In this document: piece after piece, positions 20,305 through 29,987 of the stretch
Layout of the letters: every line of letters begins with the position of its first letter
Numbering within the stretch: the stretch's first letter is position 1
DNA from: Actinomycetota bacterium
Lineage (GTDB): Bacteria; Actinomycetota; Actinomycetes; S36-B12
DNA length: 64,000 nt
Assembly (NCBI GenBank): GCA_005798555.1
Contig: SYJA01000087.1
Location: 5,157-69,156, forward strand
Direction of reading: 5' to 3'
Notes under the pieces: model-generated
Seen by the model: the letters and a program-made list of their open reading frames with translations, nothing else
Databases searched by the model: none
Told to the model about the DNA's origin: nothing
Program-made: the position numbers and the translations under genes

Positions 20305-20779
20305 CGCCCTCGTGTTCGAGTAATGCCCGCTTAATCGCCAGGCCGTAGCCATAGCCGCCTATGCCATTCGCGGCGACAACTCGATGGCATGGCACAAATG
20401 GTGCCACCAGATTTGCCGAGCAGGCAGTACCCACGGCCCGGTAGGCACTTGGCCTACCCGCCCGCGCTGCTAAACCACCGTAACTAGCAACTGTGCCAGG
20501 CGCGATGGTGCGCATGGCCGCCCACACCACCTGCTGGAATGGCCCGCCATCTTGGGCAACCTCAACTTCGCCAAGGGCTGAGAGCTCACCGGCGCAATAA
20601 CGTTTCAGTACGTCTTCGACGTCTGCGAGTTCGGCCTTCTTGAAGGTTGATACCGGCGACAGTCTGGACTTGATGTCCGCGATGCCACGAAATGACGAAG
20701 CCACCACCACCCCATTGTCAGCCACCACAGTGATAGTGCCGCCGGGTATTTTCACGCTGGCAAAAGGTAATGGCGGCAT
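20291..20779 (-). CDS. ogt: Methylated-DNA--protein-cysteine methyltransferase
   Basis: 162 aa with active-site motif VPCHRVV. Confidence 0.85.
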   Translation of the reverse strand: MPPLPFASVKIPGGTITVVADNGVVVASSFRGIADIKSRLSPVSTFKKAELADVEDVLKRYCAGELSALGEVEVAQDGGPFQQVVWAAMRTIAPGTVASYGGLAARAGRPSAYRAVGTACSANLVAPFVPCHRVVAANGIGGYGYGLAIKRALLEHEGASLG

Positions 20780-20800
20780 TCAAATAGCTTCCTGAGCGCG

Positions 20801-22162
20801 TTATCGAGTGATCAACATGTCGGCAACTAGAAACGCCAGCTCCAGGCTTTGCACCCGATTCAATCTCGGATCGCAGGCGGTCTCGTAGCGGTCGCCAAGA
20901 TTGTCCTCCAGCACACCGCCGGTGCCGCCGACACATTCGGTGACATCATCGCCGGTTAGTTCGATGTGGATCCCGCCGGGGAAGGTGCCCAGATCACGGT
21001 GGACTTCGAAAAAGCCCTTGACCTCGCCAATGACATCGTCGAAAACCCTGGTCTTGTGCCCGGTCGTGGCTTCTCGGGTATTGCCGTGCATTGGATCGCA
21101 GACCCACACCACCGGCACCCCGCTGGCGTCGACTTTCTGGACGATACCGGGCAGCACCTCGCGCACCTGACCGGCCCCCATTCGCGTGATTAAGGTCAGT
21201 CGGCCGGGGATGCGCTCAGGGTTTAGCCGTTCGGCTATTTCCACGATGTCATCGGCGGCGGCCGTCGGGCCAACCTTGACGCCGACCGGGTTGTGGATTA
21301 CCGAGGCAAACTGCACGTGGGCGGCATCAAGTTGCCGGGTGCGCTCCCCGATCCACAAAAAATGCCCGGAGACGTCGTAGGGCAACCCAGTGCGCGAATC
21401 AATGCGAGTCATCGCACGCTCATAGTCAATGGAAAGTGCCTCATGTGCTGCGAAAAACTCAACCCGTTTGAACTCGTCAGGATTTGCGCCGCAGGCGTGC
21501 ATGAAGGACAGTGCCCGATCAATTTCAGCCGCAAGTGAGTCGTAGCGCTGGCCGGCGGTTGAGTCACGCACGAAATCCTGATTCCAGGCGTGTACCTGAC
21601 GCAGATCCGCATACCCACCCTGAGTGAATGCACGCACCAGATTCAGTGCCGCACTAGATGCGTTGTAGGCGCGGACCAATCGCCGCGCATCTGGGCGACG
21701 GGCTTGCTCGGTGAACTCCATCGAGTTCACCGCATCGCCGAAGTACGAGGTCAACTCAATGCCATCGCGCACCTCGGTCAACTTGGTGCGCGGCTTGAAG
21801 TACTGCCCCGCCAACCGACCAACTTTGACAACGGGTAGCGAGGCCGCATAAGTCAAGACCACTGACATCTGGAGCACCGTTTGCAGGCGCGAACGAATTG
21901 AGTCCGCGGTATTGGCCTCGAAGGTTTCGGCGCAGTCGCCACCCATCAGGACGAATGCTTCGCCATGGCACGCAGCCGCCAGCCGCTCCAGCAAGACATC
22001 GCATTCACCGGCGAACACCAGCGGGGGCAGTGCGCGTAACTCAGCCAACGCCCGGGCTAGTTCCCCGGCATCTGGCCACGGCGGCTGCTGGTGGGCCGGT
22101 AGATCCGGCCAGTTAGCCAACGGCCCCGGGCGTACTTGACCAGGGTCGGCTGCTGCGGACAT
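20801..22162 (-). CDS. aroG: Class II 3-deoxy-7-phosphoheptulonate (DAHP) synthase
   Basis: 453 aa, with the length and sequence typical of the actinobacterial/plant class II enzyme. Confidence 0.9.
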   Translation of the reverse strand: MSAAADPGQVRPGPLANWPDLPAHQQPPWPDAGELARALAELRALPPLVFAGECDVLLERLAAACHGEAFVLMGGDCAETFEANTADSIRSRLQTVLQMSVVLTYAASLPVVKVGRLAGQYFKPRTKLTEVRDGIELTSYFGDAVNSMEFTEQARRPDARRLVRAYNASSAALNLVRAFTQGGYADLRQVHAWNQDFVRDSTAGQRYDSLAAEIDRALSFMHACGANPDEFKRVEFFAAHEALSIDYERAMTRIDSRTGLPYDVSGHFLWIGERTRQLDAAHVQFASVIHNPVGVKVGPTAAADDIVEIAERLNPERIPGRLTLITRMGAGQVREVLPGIVQKVDASGVPVVWVCDPMHGNTREATTGHKTRVFDDVIGEVKGFFEVHRDLGTFPGGIHIELTGDDVTECVGGTGGVLEDNLGDRYETACDPRLNRVQSLELAFLVADMLITR

Positions 22163-22182
22163 GGGTCAAGGGTAGAGCAGGT

Positions 22183-23207
22183 TCAGCCGAAGAAGGTGGC
22201 TGCCTCTTCATATCGGGCCACCGGCACTGTTTTCAATACCCCGGTCGCCACCTTCAATGGCACCCGAACTACGTCGGTGCCCCGCAGGGCCACCATCTTG
22301 CCCCAGTCCATGTCCTTGACGGCCGCGATCGCATTGAGCCCGAAACGGGTTGCTAACACCCGATCAAATGCGGTCGGGGTGCCGCCGCGCTGCACATGGC
22401 CGAGCACCGTGGTTCGTGCTTCCTTGCCGGTGCGGCTTTCGATCTGGCCGCCCAGCCACTCGCCGATTCCCGACAGTTTCACGTGGCCGAAGGCATCAAG
22501 GGTGGCGTCCTTTGTGATGAGGCCACCGTCTTTCGGCAGGGCGCCTTCGGACACCACCAGAATCGGTGAATAGTGCGAGCGGAACCTAGATTGCACCCAA
22601 TCCACCACTTCATTGAGGTCAAATGGTACCTCCGGGATCAAGATGGCGTTCGCCCCGCCGGCCATCCCCGAGTGCAAAGCGATCCAGCCCGCGTGTCGGC
22701 CCATTACCTCGCAGATAAGTACCCGATGGTGTGACTCGGCGGTCGTGTGCAACCGGTCAATCGCTTCGGTCGCGATCGTGACCGCGGTATCGAAGCCGAA
22801 GGTGTAATCGGTCCCGCTTAGGTCATTGTCAATTGTCTTTGGCACGCCGATCACCGAAATACCATGCTCATGCAGGACGGTTGCCACGCCGAGGGTGTCT
22901 TCGCCGCCGATGGCGATCAACGCATCCACCCCGAGGTCACTAAGGTTTTTCTCAATCGCCTCGATACCGCCATCGACTTTTACTGGGTTGGTGCGCGATG
23001 ACCCAAGAATGGTGCCGCCACGGGGCAGGTGCCGCGGACCGCAGGTATATCAAGCTGCATCGTGACACCGTCGAGGGGGCCTTTCCAGCCATCGCGAAAA
23101 CCGACAAAGGAAAAGCCGTATTCGGTTACCCCGCGCCGCACGATGCCACGAATGACCGCATTTAAGCCCGGGCAATCACCCCCGCCGGTCAATACTCCAA
23201 CACGCAT
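22183..23207 (-). pseudogene. pfkA: 6-phosphofructokinase (PfkA family) with its reading frame broken by an apparent 1-nt deletion near 23028-23031
   Basis: Two track ORFs (22980..23552 and 22183..22929) together encode one PfkA. The N-terminus MRVGVLTGGGDCPGLNAVIRG...DIPAVRG is in one frame. LPRGGTILGSSRTNPVKVDGGIEAIE...IAIGGEDTLG...MGRHAGW...GHVQRGGTPT continues in the -1 frame. The total span is 1025 nt (3n+2), so one extra base would restore about 341 aa. Confidence 0.8.
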
Positions 23208-23301
23208 GAGACCCGCCCCTCCCCTTGCCGGCTTGCTCGAAATGTAAACGCTATCAAGGTCGGGCAGCCGTTGCAGCAGCCGGCGGCCTAAAGTTCGACC
23301 C

Positions 23302-24804
23302 ATGGAGCCACCGGACTCACGCGCCACTTCGGCGATTTTGGCCATTGATGCCGGCACCACCGGTGTTACCGCGCTCGTGGTGTCAACCGCCGGCCAAATT
23401 GTGGCCCAGGGGTATTCGGAATTCCCGCAGTACTTTCCGGCCGATGACCAGGTAGAACACGACCTTGGTGAAATCTGGTCGGCCACCTTGACCGCAAGCC
23501 GAGAGGCCCTAGCGAAAACCGACCTGACCGTCGGAGCGATTGGTGTTACCAATCAGCGCGAGACCATCTGCTTTTGGGACCGCGAGACCTTAGGTGCGGC
23601 GCGCCGGGCCATTGTTTGGCAGGACCGTCGCACCGCTGATATGTGCGGGCAGCTCCGCGCGGCCGGACACGAGACCAAAGTCACCGCTTTGTCCGGGCTG
23701 CGCCTTGACCCGTATTTCTCGGCCACCAAAATCGCCTGGGTGCGCGAAACTGACGAGCAAACTTGGAGCCAGGTCCTAAGTGGTCGGGTGGCGATCGGAA
23801 CTATTGATTCCTATCTAATTGCCCGAATGACTCGCGGACTTCACCACGTGACCGATGCGACCAACGCTTCGCGCACCATGTTGTATGACCTCAAAACCGG
23901 AACTTGGGACCGGTGGCTCTGTGATCTCTTCGGGGTGCCAATGGACGCCCTCCCCGAGATCGTGTCCTCATATGGGGTGATCGGCAATAGCGACGCTGCA
24001 AGCTTTCTCGGCATAAACGCTCCGATCGCTGGGATTGCCGGTGACCAACAGGCCGCCCTTGTCGGACAAGCCGGTTTCACCCCAGGAGCGGCCAAATGTA
24101 CCTATGGAACCGGCTCGTTCTTACTCGTTAACACCGGCGCCAAGCCTGCTGCGTCAACGCGGGGCCTACTTACGACAGTTGCCTTGCAACATTTAGATGG
24201 TCGACGCGACTTCGCACTCGAAGGCTCGGTATTCGTCACCGGGGCGGCCGTCCAGTGGCTTCGCGACGGACTAGGGATCATCGCCAGCGCAGCCGAGGTT
24301 GAAGCCCTCGCACGAAGTGTGCCCGATGCTGGTGGCGTTGTCTTTGTGCCAGCACTGACCGGCCTGGGCGCACCAGACTGGGATCCCTATGCGCGCGGGC
24401 TGATCATTGGCATCACCCGCGCTACCACAAAAGCCCATATTGCCAGGGCCACCTTGGATGCGATCGCCTACGAAGTTGTTGACCTAGTCGAGCTCATGCG
24501 AACCGAAGGTGGGGTGGATCTAAGCGTGTTGGCGGTCGACGGTGGGGCTGCCGCCAATGATTTGCTTTGCCAAATACAGGCCGACACCCTCGGCATCCCC
24601 GTCGACCGATCCGCCGAATTACAAACCACCGGCCTCGGTGCTGCGTTCCTGGCCGGCCTCGGCACCGGCGTGTGGGCGGCTACCGAGGAATTAATAGTGA
24701 CCCGACGAAGCTCTGGGATTTTTAGCCCGGGTGCAGCAGACCCAACAGGCCATGCGCGTTGGCGCGCTGCCGTTAGGCGCAGTACCGCCTGGGCCAGCGA
24801 CTAG
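23302..24804 (+). CDS. glpK: Glycerol kinase
   Basis: 500 aa, FGGY family, with AIDAGTTG, WQDRRT and GDQQAALVGQ motifs. Confidence 0.9.
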   Translation: MEPPDSRATSAILAIDAGTTGVTALVVSTAGQIVAQGYSEFPQYFPADDQVEHDLGEIWSATLTASREALAKTDLTVGAIGVTNQRETICFWDRETLGAARRAIVWQDRRTADMCGQLRAAGHETKVTALSGLRLDPYFSATKIAWVRETDEQTWSQVLSGRVAIGTIDSYLIARMTRGLHHVTDATNASRTMLYDLKTGTWDRWLCDLFGVPMDALPEIVSSYGVIGNSDAASFLGINAPIAGIAGDQQAALVGQAGFTPGAAKCTYGTGSFLLVNTGAKPAASTRGLLTTVALQHLDGRRDFALEGSVFVTGAAVQWLRDGLGIIASAAEVEALARSVPDAGGVVFVPALTGLGAPDWDPYARGLIIGITRATTKAHIARATLDAIAYEVVDLVELMRTEGGVDLSVLAVDGGAAANDLLCQIQADTLGIPVDRSAELQTTGLGAAFLAGLGTGVWAATEELIVTRRSSGIFSPGAADPTGHARWRAAVRRSTAWASD

Positions 24805-25523
24805 GTTTCCGAATCAACCAAGGACTGCGCATCTGCTCGATCACCCTTGGCAATTAGCTCCTTTGCCCGGGTGGCGTACATATCGACATACTCCTGACCG
24901 GACAACGCCATCAATTCGTACATGACCTCATCGGTTACCGAGCGCAGGATGAAGCGGTCATCCTCAAGTCCCTCGTAACGTTCGAAGCTCAGCGATTTAC
25001 CAACGCGGATACCTACCCGGCGCAGCCTCGGCTTGACAACTCCGGGCGGTTGGATCTCATAGGTGTTGATCATGGCGACCGGGATAATCGGGACTCTTGC
25101 TTCCAGCGCCATTCGAGCCGCACCGGTTCGACCGCGATACAAGGTGCCATTTGGCGACCGGGTACCTTCTGGGTAGATACCGAGCAACGCCTGCTCGCCA
25201 AGGAGCCTGGTCGCAGTGTGGATCACGGCTTCGGCACTGCGCCCCCCGGATCGGTCAACAGGTACTTGGCCTACCCCGTTGAAGAAGAGCTTGGTGAAGA
25301 AGCCCTTGACCCCCCGGCCGGTGAAGTAATCACTCTTCGCGAGGTAGGTCAACCGGCGATTGAGAACAACGGCCAAGAAAAACGAGTCGGAGAACGAAAG
25401 GTGGTTACTGGCGAGCAGTGCCGCGCCCGAATCGGGCACATTCTCCCGGCCTTCCACCCAAGGCCGAAAAAGCACGCGCAGCCACGGGCCAATCACCCAG
25501 TACTTAAGTACCCAGTAGAGCAC
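24801..25523 (-). CDS. plsC: 1-acyl-sn-glycerol-3-phosphate acyltransferase
   Basis: 240 aa with HX4D motif NHLSFSDS and a PEGTRS motif. Confidence 0.85.
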   Translation of the reverse strand: MLYWVLKYWVIGPWLRVLFRPWVEGRENVPDSGAALLASNHLSFSDSFFLAVVLNRRLTYLAKSDYFTGRGVKGFFTKLFFNGVGQVPVDRSGGRSAEAVIHTATRLLGEQALLGIYPEGTRSPNGTLYRGRTGAARMALEARVPIIPVAMINTYEIQPPGVVKPRLRRVGIRVGKSLSFERYEGLEDDRFILRSVTDEVMYELMALSGQEYVDMYATRAKELIAKGDRADAQSLVDSET

Positions 25524-25571
25524 CTGATCTCCTTGACCACGTGAATTCGTAAACGCCTTGGTGGCACACTA

Positions 25572-26336
25572 GTGGCTATGCCCCTAATGCCTGATGCACA
25601 GCCGTTCGCATTCGACGGACCGCCGTCCAACTCGATAGCAATTTGTGTCCTCCATGGCTTTACCGGGTCCCCCAAATCGGTCACCCCGTGGGGGCAGGCC
25701 CTGGCCGCCGCCGGCTGGACGGTTCGGGTGCCGCGGCTCCCCGGGCATGGCACCCGTTGGCAGGACATGAACATCACCACTTGGGAGGACTGGTACGCCG
25801 AAGCCGATCGCACCATTCGCGAGCTCATGGCGACACATGACAAAGTCTTCGTCATGGGCCTGTCAATGGGTGGGTCGCTCAGCCTGCGAATTGCCGAGCA
25901 GCATGGACCCGCCATCGCCGGTGTCGTGCTGGTAAACCCCGCGGTGCACTCAGAGCGCCCCGACCGCCACCTACTACCGCTTATCTCGCGTTTCATCCCA
26001 TCCTTCCCCGGGTTGTCCAATGACATCGCCAAACCAGATACCGACGAAGGCGCCTACGACCGCCTACCGCTCAAGGCGGCATATTCACTCACTAAGTTGT
26101 GGACCGCGGTTAAAGCCGACATTGCCAAGGTAACGCAACCGTTGCTGATTTTTCACAGTGAGCACGACCACACGGTCGAACCGTCTAACACCGCCTGGAT
26201 TTTGGCGAACGCCCGATCCGCCGACAAAACCGATGTGCTGCTAACTCGGTCCTTCCACGTCGCAACTCTTGACTATGATGCAGACGTCATCGAAACCGGC
26301 AGCATCGATTTCGTTCGACGAATCACCGCGAGCTAA
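25572..26336 (+). CDS. Alpha/beta hydrolase (carboxylesterase/lysophospholipase-like)
   Basis: 254 aa with HGFTGSP and nucleophile elbow GLSMGG. Confidence 0.75.
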   Translation: MAMPLMPDAQPFAFDGPPSNSIAICVLHGFTGSPKSVTPWGQALAAAGWTVRVPRLPGHGTRWQDMNITTWEDWYAEADRTIRELMATHDKVFVMGLSMGGSLSLRIAEQHGPAIAGVVLVNPAVHSERPDRHLLPLISRFIPSFPGLSNDIAKPDTDEGAYDRLPLKAAYSLTKLWTAVKADIAKVTQPLLIFHSEHDHTVEPSNTAWILANARSADKTDVLLTRSFHVATLDYDADVIETGSIDFVRRITAS

Positions 26337-26752
26337 TGACGCCACCACGGCCTGAACCGGCAGGCGACCAATCCGACTCGACGCAAGATAGTGCCTGGGC
26401 GGCCATCGTCGCCGACCTGTCCGGTGACATGCGCATGGAAATCGGGGATCTGAACAACCAAATAGGCACTGAGGACGAGCCGGACCCATTCATTGAGGAA
26501 TTACTTTCCGAGGGCCGCTTTGAGCCACCGAAACCGCCACCTATCCCGATGCCGGACACCATCGGCAGATTCGCTTGGGCTGGTGCGATTGGCGGACCGA
26601 TACTGCTGGTGGTCTTTTATCTCCTCGGGCTCGGTGGCTTCTTGACCACGGTGGCACTCCTTGCCGCGATCGCCGGGTTTATCACGTTAGTCGCCCGCAA
26701 GCGCGAACGAGTGCCGGGCGCCGATGAGCGCGACGATGGTGCAGTGGTCTAG
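26336..26752 (+). CDS. Hypothetical membrane protein (acidic N-terminus, Pro-rich linker, two C-terminal TM helices)
   Basis: 138 aa. ATGA-type coupling to the hydrolase gene; no family recognised. Confidence 0.45.
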   Translation: MTPPRPEPAGDQSDSTQDSAWAAIVADLSGDMRMEIGDLNNQIGTEDEPDPFIEELLSEGRFEPPKPPPIPMPDTIGRFAWAGAIGGPILLVVFYLLGLGGFLTTVALLAAIAGFITLVARKRERVPGADERDDGAVV

Positions 26753-27224
26753 TCGAGCCGCTATAGTTCCGCGCTGCGTAATGAGTTGTCGCCCGTGCGC
26801 CGCCGCCGCCAAAGCGGATCTGGTCTGGTCCCTCAGCACACCGACTCGAACCGTTGTTGATCTATCGGCGCCGGGTTCAGATGTCGGCGATATCTCAATC
26901 TCATCAGGCACCTTGGAGCGTAAGCCCGCCGGCACCGCAATCGGCTTCTACACAACCAGCCAGATAACAGTGCGAGCGGGCTTGCCCGGCGGCCAGGAAA
27001 ATCGCGATGTCAGTTTGACCCTCAGCGCACCGGGTGGCGTCATCTACGCCAAGTCCTTGATCACGGCTACTCCCAAGGTGCCACCAAGTGCCGCACAGGT
27101 GCTCGCCATCAGCGGTGGCACCGGAAAGTACGCTGGCGTATCCGGTGAGCTAATTCAGGCCGGCATTATTGCCGAGCATTGCCCGGCGGACCTGCGGCGT
27201 CGGTCGTTGGCGCTTACCGGTTAG
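26724..27224 (+). CDS. Dirigent/allene-oxide-cyclase-like beta-barrel domain protein, possibly truncated at both ends
   Basis: Core resembles bacterial dirigent-like proteins (…GFYTTSQITV…LAISGGTGKYAGVSGEL…). No convincing signal peptide. The last ~19 codons run antisense through the glucokinase remnant. An alternative ATG at 26781 avoids overlap with the upstream gene. Confidence 0.35.
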   Translation: MSATMVQWSSRAAIVPRCVMSCRPCAAAAKADLVWSLSTPTRTVVDLSAPGSDVGDISISSGTLERKPAGTAIGFYTTSQITVRAGLPGGQENRDVSLTLSAPGGVIYAKSLITATPKVPPSAAQVLAISGGTGKYAGVSGELIQAGIIAEHCPADLRRRSLALTG

Positions 27225-27979
27225 TTTTTCGGCAAGAGTTTGCCTCGTGCTGTCGAGGAGTAAGTCTCCGGCTTCACACACCCCACCGCCGATCACAAAT
27301 GCTGTTGGATCCAAGATCGCCGCCAAATCCGCCAGTCCCCGACCCAGCCAGGTACCCACGCGGGTGAATGCCTCAATTGCTACCGGATCTCCCAGTTAGG
27401 CGGCCTTGGTTAGGTGCACCCCTTGGACGCCTTCTGGCATGCCACCACCAAGTGAGAGCAACAGGCCGGCCTCTCCTCGACGACTTGCCGCCAACGCCCG
27501 CGCATCGCGAACCAGTGCGTTACCACTTGCGTATTGCTCTGCGCACCCATTGCGGCCACACGCACATGGCAAACCATCGGGGACCGAGTTCATATGACCG
27601 ATTTCACCGGCGGCACCGTGGGCGCCACGAAGTAGTTTTCCGTCAATGATGATCCCGCCACCGATGCCGGTGCCAACGGTCACCACCGTTAAGTCATCGA
27701 CATCAGCGCCGGCACATTTGACCAACCTAGATTCGGGGCGAAGAAAACCGTGGACCTCGCCGAATCAACCGGGCCCGCAACCACCAGGCCCACACCGACA
27801 ACGGCCCCCGGATACGGCGCACTCAATTCCGAAACTACTTCAGCAACCACGGCGAGGGCTCTGCCGGCATCATTTCGACGCGACTCCCGCCGCGCCGTGG
27901 TGACAATCGCACCAGACTCGTCGACTAGGCCGGCGCGAATCTAGGTGCCGCCGACGTCTACGCCGATACTCAATGTCAT
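27150..27979 (-). pseudogene. glk: ROK-family glucokinase remnant with multiple inactivating lesions
   Basis: Reverse translation from ATG 27979 gives MTLSIGVDVGGT*IRAGLVDE..., with TAG at 27941-27943 where ROK kinases have Lys. Homology then jumps frame near 27700-27725 with about 30 codons missing, including the ENDAN region. The middle part is intact (TVGTGIGGGIIIDGKLLRGAHGAAGEIGHM...CACGRNGCAEQYASG). An in-frame TAA lies at 27396-27398 (HLTKAA*LGDPVAIE), and the C-terminus is truncated after LGNNAGL. Confidence 0.85.
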
Positions 27980-27988
27980 GTATTCCGC

Positions 27989-28303
27989 CTAGGGGCGCTC
28001 GCGCCTGACGCGTACCCAAGTCACGTCTTCGTCGTTACCAACAAAAGTTACATGCTCTGTTACATCGGCAGCGGTATCCAAATCCCATTCGGTGACGCTG
28101 CCGGTTGCCGCCTCGTTCATAACCGTGTCAAGGCCAAAGGCCCGCATTGCGCCCAAGCTGCGGCAGACAAGGCATTCTGGATGCTCACTTGGGTCCACGT
28201 GCTCACTGTGCGGACCGACCACCGTCTGCGCAGCCCAGGTGAGTAGTTGCTGGAGTCCGCCCATTATCGCGGTGGGGTCAAATGACCGCTGTTCATCGCT
28301 CAT
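27989..28303 (-). CDS. Small acidic conserved hypothetical protein (DUF5304-like)
   Basis: 104 aa with a CLVC motif. 4-nt overlap with the ArsA-like gene upstream. Confidence 0.45.
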   Translation of the reverse strand: MSDEQRSFDPTAIMGGLQQLLTWAAQTVVGPHSEHVDPSEHPECLVCRSLGAMRAFGLDTVMNEAATGSVTEWDLDTAADVTEHVTFVGNDEDVTWVRVRRERP

Positions 28304-29469
28304 GGTTGCGGCCAGATCGACTCATCGGGCTCGAAAGCGATCACGAGCTGTTGTGCTCGAACTTCTGCCTCTTTCATAATGCACCGACATAGGACCGGCG
28401 GCAACGGCAGCACTCGCCTGGTAGAGCCCACGACGATAATCGCGTTGTCGCCGAATCGGCCCACCTTGATGACCTGGTCTGCCAGATCAGCCAGCGGAAG
28501 TCGCCACTCGTAACCCGAAACAGTCGGCAGCACCCCACTGGGAACTTTCTTGTTGAAAGCACGATCTGCCTGCTGGTGCCGAACCGATACCGGCAATTTA
28601 CGCAGGCCGGACTTGCCGATTGGCTCAGCTGGTTTAAAGGGCACCGTGATTACCGGTGTATCCACTAGCTCATCCCGCAAGGCGCGCACGCGCTTACGCT
28701 GCTTCTGCGCCCACTTGCGTGGCCAATTATCACTGCTCACCGGGTACCGATTTATAAATACTGCATCGACGTGATGCCCGAGCAGAGTCAAAGTAGCAAG
28801 ATGTCGACGGGTTTCAGCCAGCACGACTTTCTCCGGTGTCGCAACAAGTCGAACCACGCTGCCCACGCCCGAAAGCGCATTCTTAACTCGACCTAAGTCG
28901 GCTGCCAGCTCCTGAACCGCGGTCAGCACGGTGGCCTTTGTCGAAACCGGGCCGCGCGCTGCGCGGGCCACCGCAAACCCGGGTGTCAAGATCACGGCAA
29001 GCAGGTGCTCTAGGGCCTCCGGCAGCGCCAAAAGGCGAGCGGTCTCGGCGGTCGGCCCACCATCCACTACAACAACATCAATTCCGGGGTCGGCAAGCAA
29101 ATCGGCAACTGCAAGCAATGACAGCAACTCATCAACCCCTGGCAGTACCGTCAACTCAGCCGCATGTATTGGGTCAACACCGGCTTCGGCCAGCAATTCA
29201 ACCGCGATTGCCCGAAGCGCCTGCCAGGAGTCGGTGCGCTGGGTATGTGCGTCAAGAATTGTCACCGACAACCCTTTGCTAACCACCGTCGGAGTCCTCG
29301 GGCTTATTGGTATTGCGAGCACATCACCGCATGAGTGCGCTGGATCGGTTGAGACTAATCGCACCCGGCGACCGGCATCGGCTAACTGGACGGCGGTCGC
29401 AGCCGCAAGGGTTGATTTACCGACGCCGCCCTTGCCGCTAAACAGAATCAGACGAACTTGACTCGACAC
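28300..29469 (-). CDS. ArsA/GET3-family P-loop ATPase
   Basis: 389 aa with deviant Walker A FSGKGGVGKST and the DPAHS signature. Confidence 0.8.
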   Translation of the reverse strand: MSSQVRLILFSGKGGVGKSTLAAATAVQLADAGRRVRLVSTDPAHSCGDVLAIPISPRTPTVVSKGLSVTILDAHTQRTDSWQALRAIAVELLAEAGVDPIHAAELTVLPGVDELLSLLAVADLLADPGIDVVVVDGGPTAETARLLALPEALEHLLAVILTPGFAVARAARGPVSTKATVLTAVQELAADLGRVKNALSGVGSVVRLVATPEKVVLAETRRHLATLTLLGHHVDAVFINRYPVSSDNWPRKWAQKQRKRVRALRDELVDTPVITVPFKPAEPIGKSGLRKLPVSVRHQQADRAFNKKVPSGVLPTVSGYEWRLPLADLADQVIKVGRFGDNAIIVVGSTRRVLPLPPVLCRCIMKEAEVRAQQLVIAFEPDESIWPQP

Positions 29470-29893
29470 GTTTCTTTAGTCCTTTGAGGGCGGTGTCGAT
29501 GATGACGCGCTCGGCTTTCCGCTTAATCATGCCGATCATCGGGATTTTAACATCAACAGCGAGTTGGTAATAAACGGTTGTCGTACCGTCACCATTATCG
29601 GTTAGCGTGTAACTGCCATCCATCGCGGTGAGCATCTCTGCCTTGGTTAAAGTCCACGACACTGAATTGTTGTCATCCCAGTCGTATTCAAGTTCGTAGG
29701 TGTCCTTGATCGGACCTGAGGCCAAACTGAACCGGGCGTCGGCCGGCCGGGAGTCTTCCTCGTAAACCGACAGCACCTCGACGGATGAAATACCGTCGCT
29801 CCACTGCGGATAGGAAGCCAGATCTGCGATAACCGACATGATCGGTGCTGGCGCAGCCTCGATGACAATGCTGGACTCGGTCTTGTCGCCCAT
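29438..29893 (-). CDS. SRPBCC (cyclase/dehydrase, START-like) family protein
   Basis: Start trimmed to the internal ATG at 29893 (MGDKTESSIVIEAAPAPIMSVIADLASYPQW...). Typical SRPBCC size of about 150 aa. Confidence 0.65.
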   Translation of the reverse strand: MGDKTESSIVIEAAPAPIMSVIADLASYPQWSDGISSVEVLSVYEEDSRPADARFSLASGPIKDTYELEYDWDDNNSVSWTLTKAEMLTAMDGSYTLTDNGDGTTTVYYQLAVDVKIPMIGMIKRKAERVIIDTALKGLKKRVESSSSDSV

Positions 29894-29987
29894 GCTGACT
29901 CCCCTGCTGCAGTTATCCGCATTACTGCCCTTGACCGGCCCGATGCCCTTGCTTATTGGCCAAAGGCTACTACCTTGCCGGACCCGG

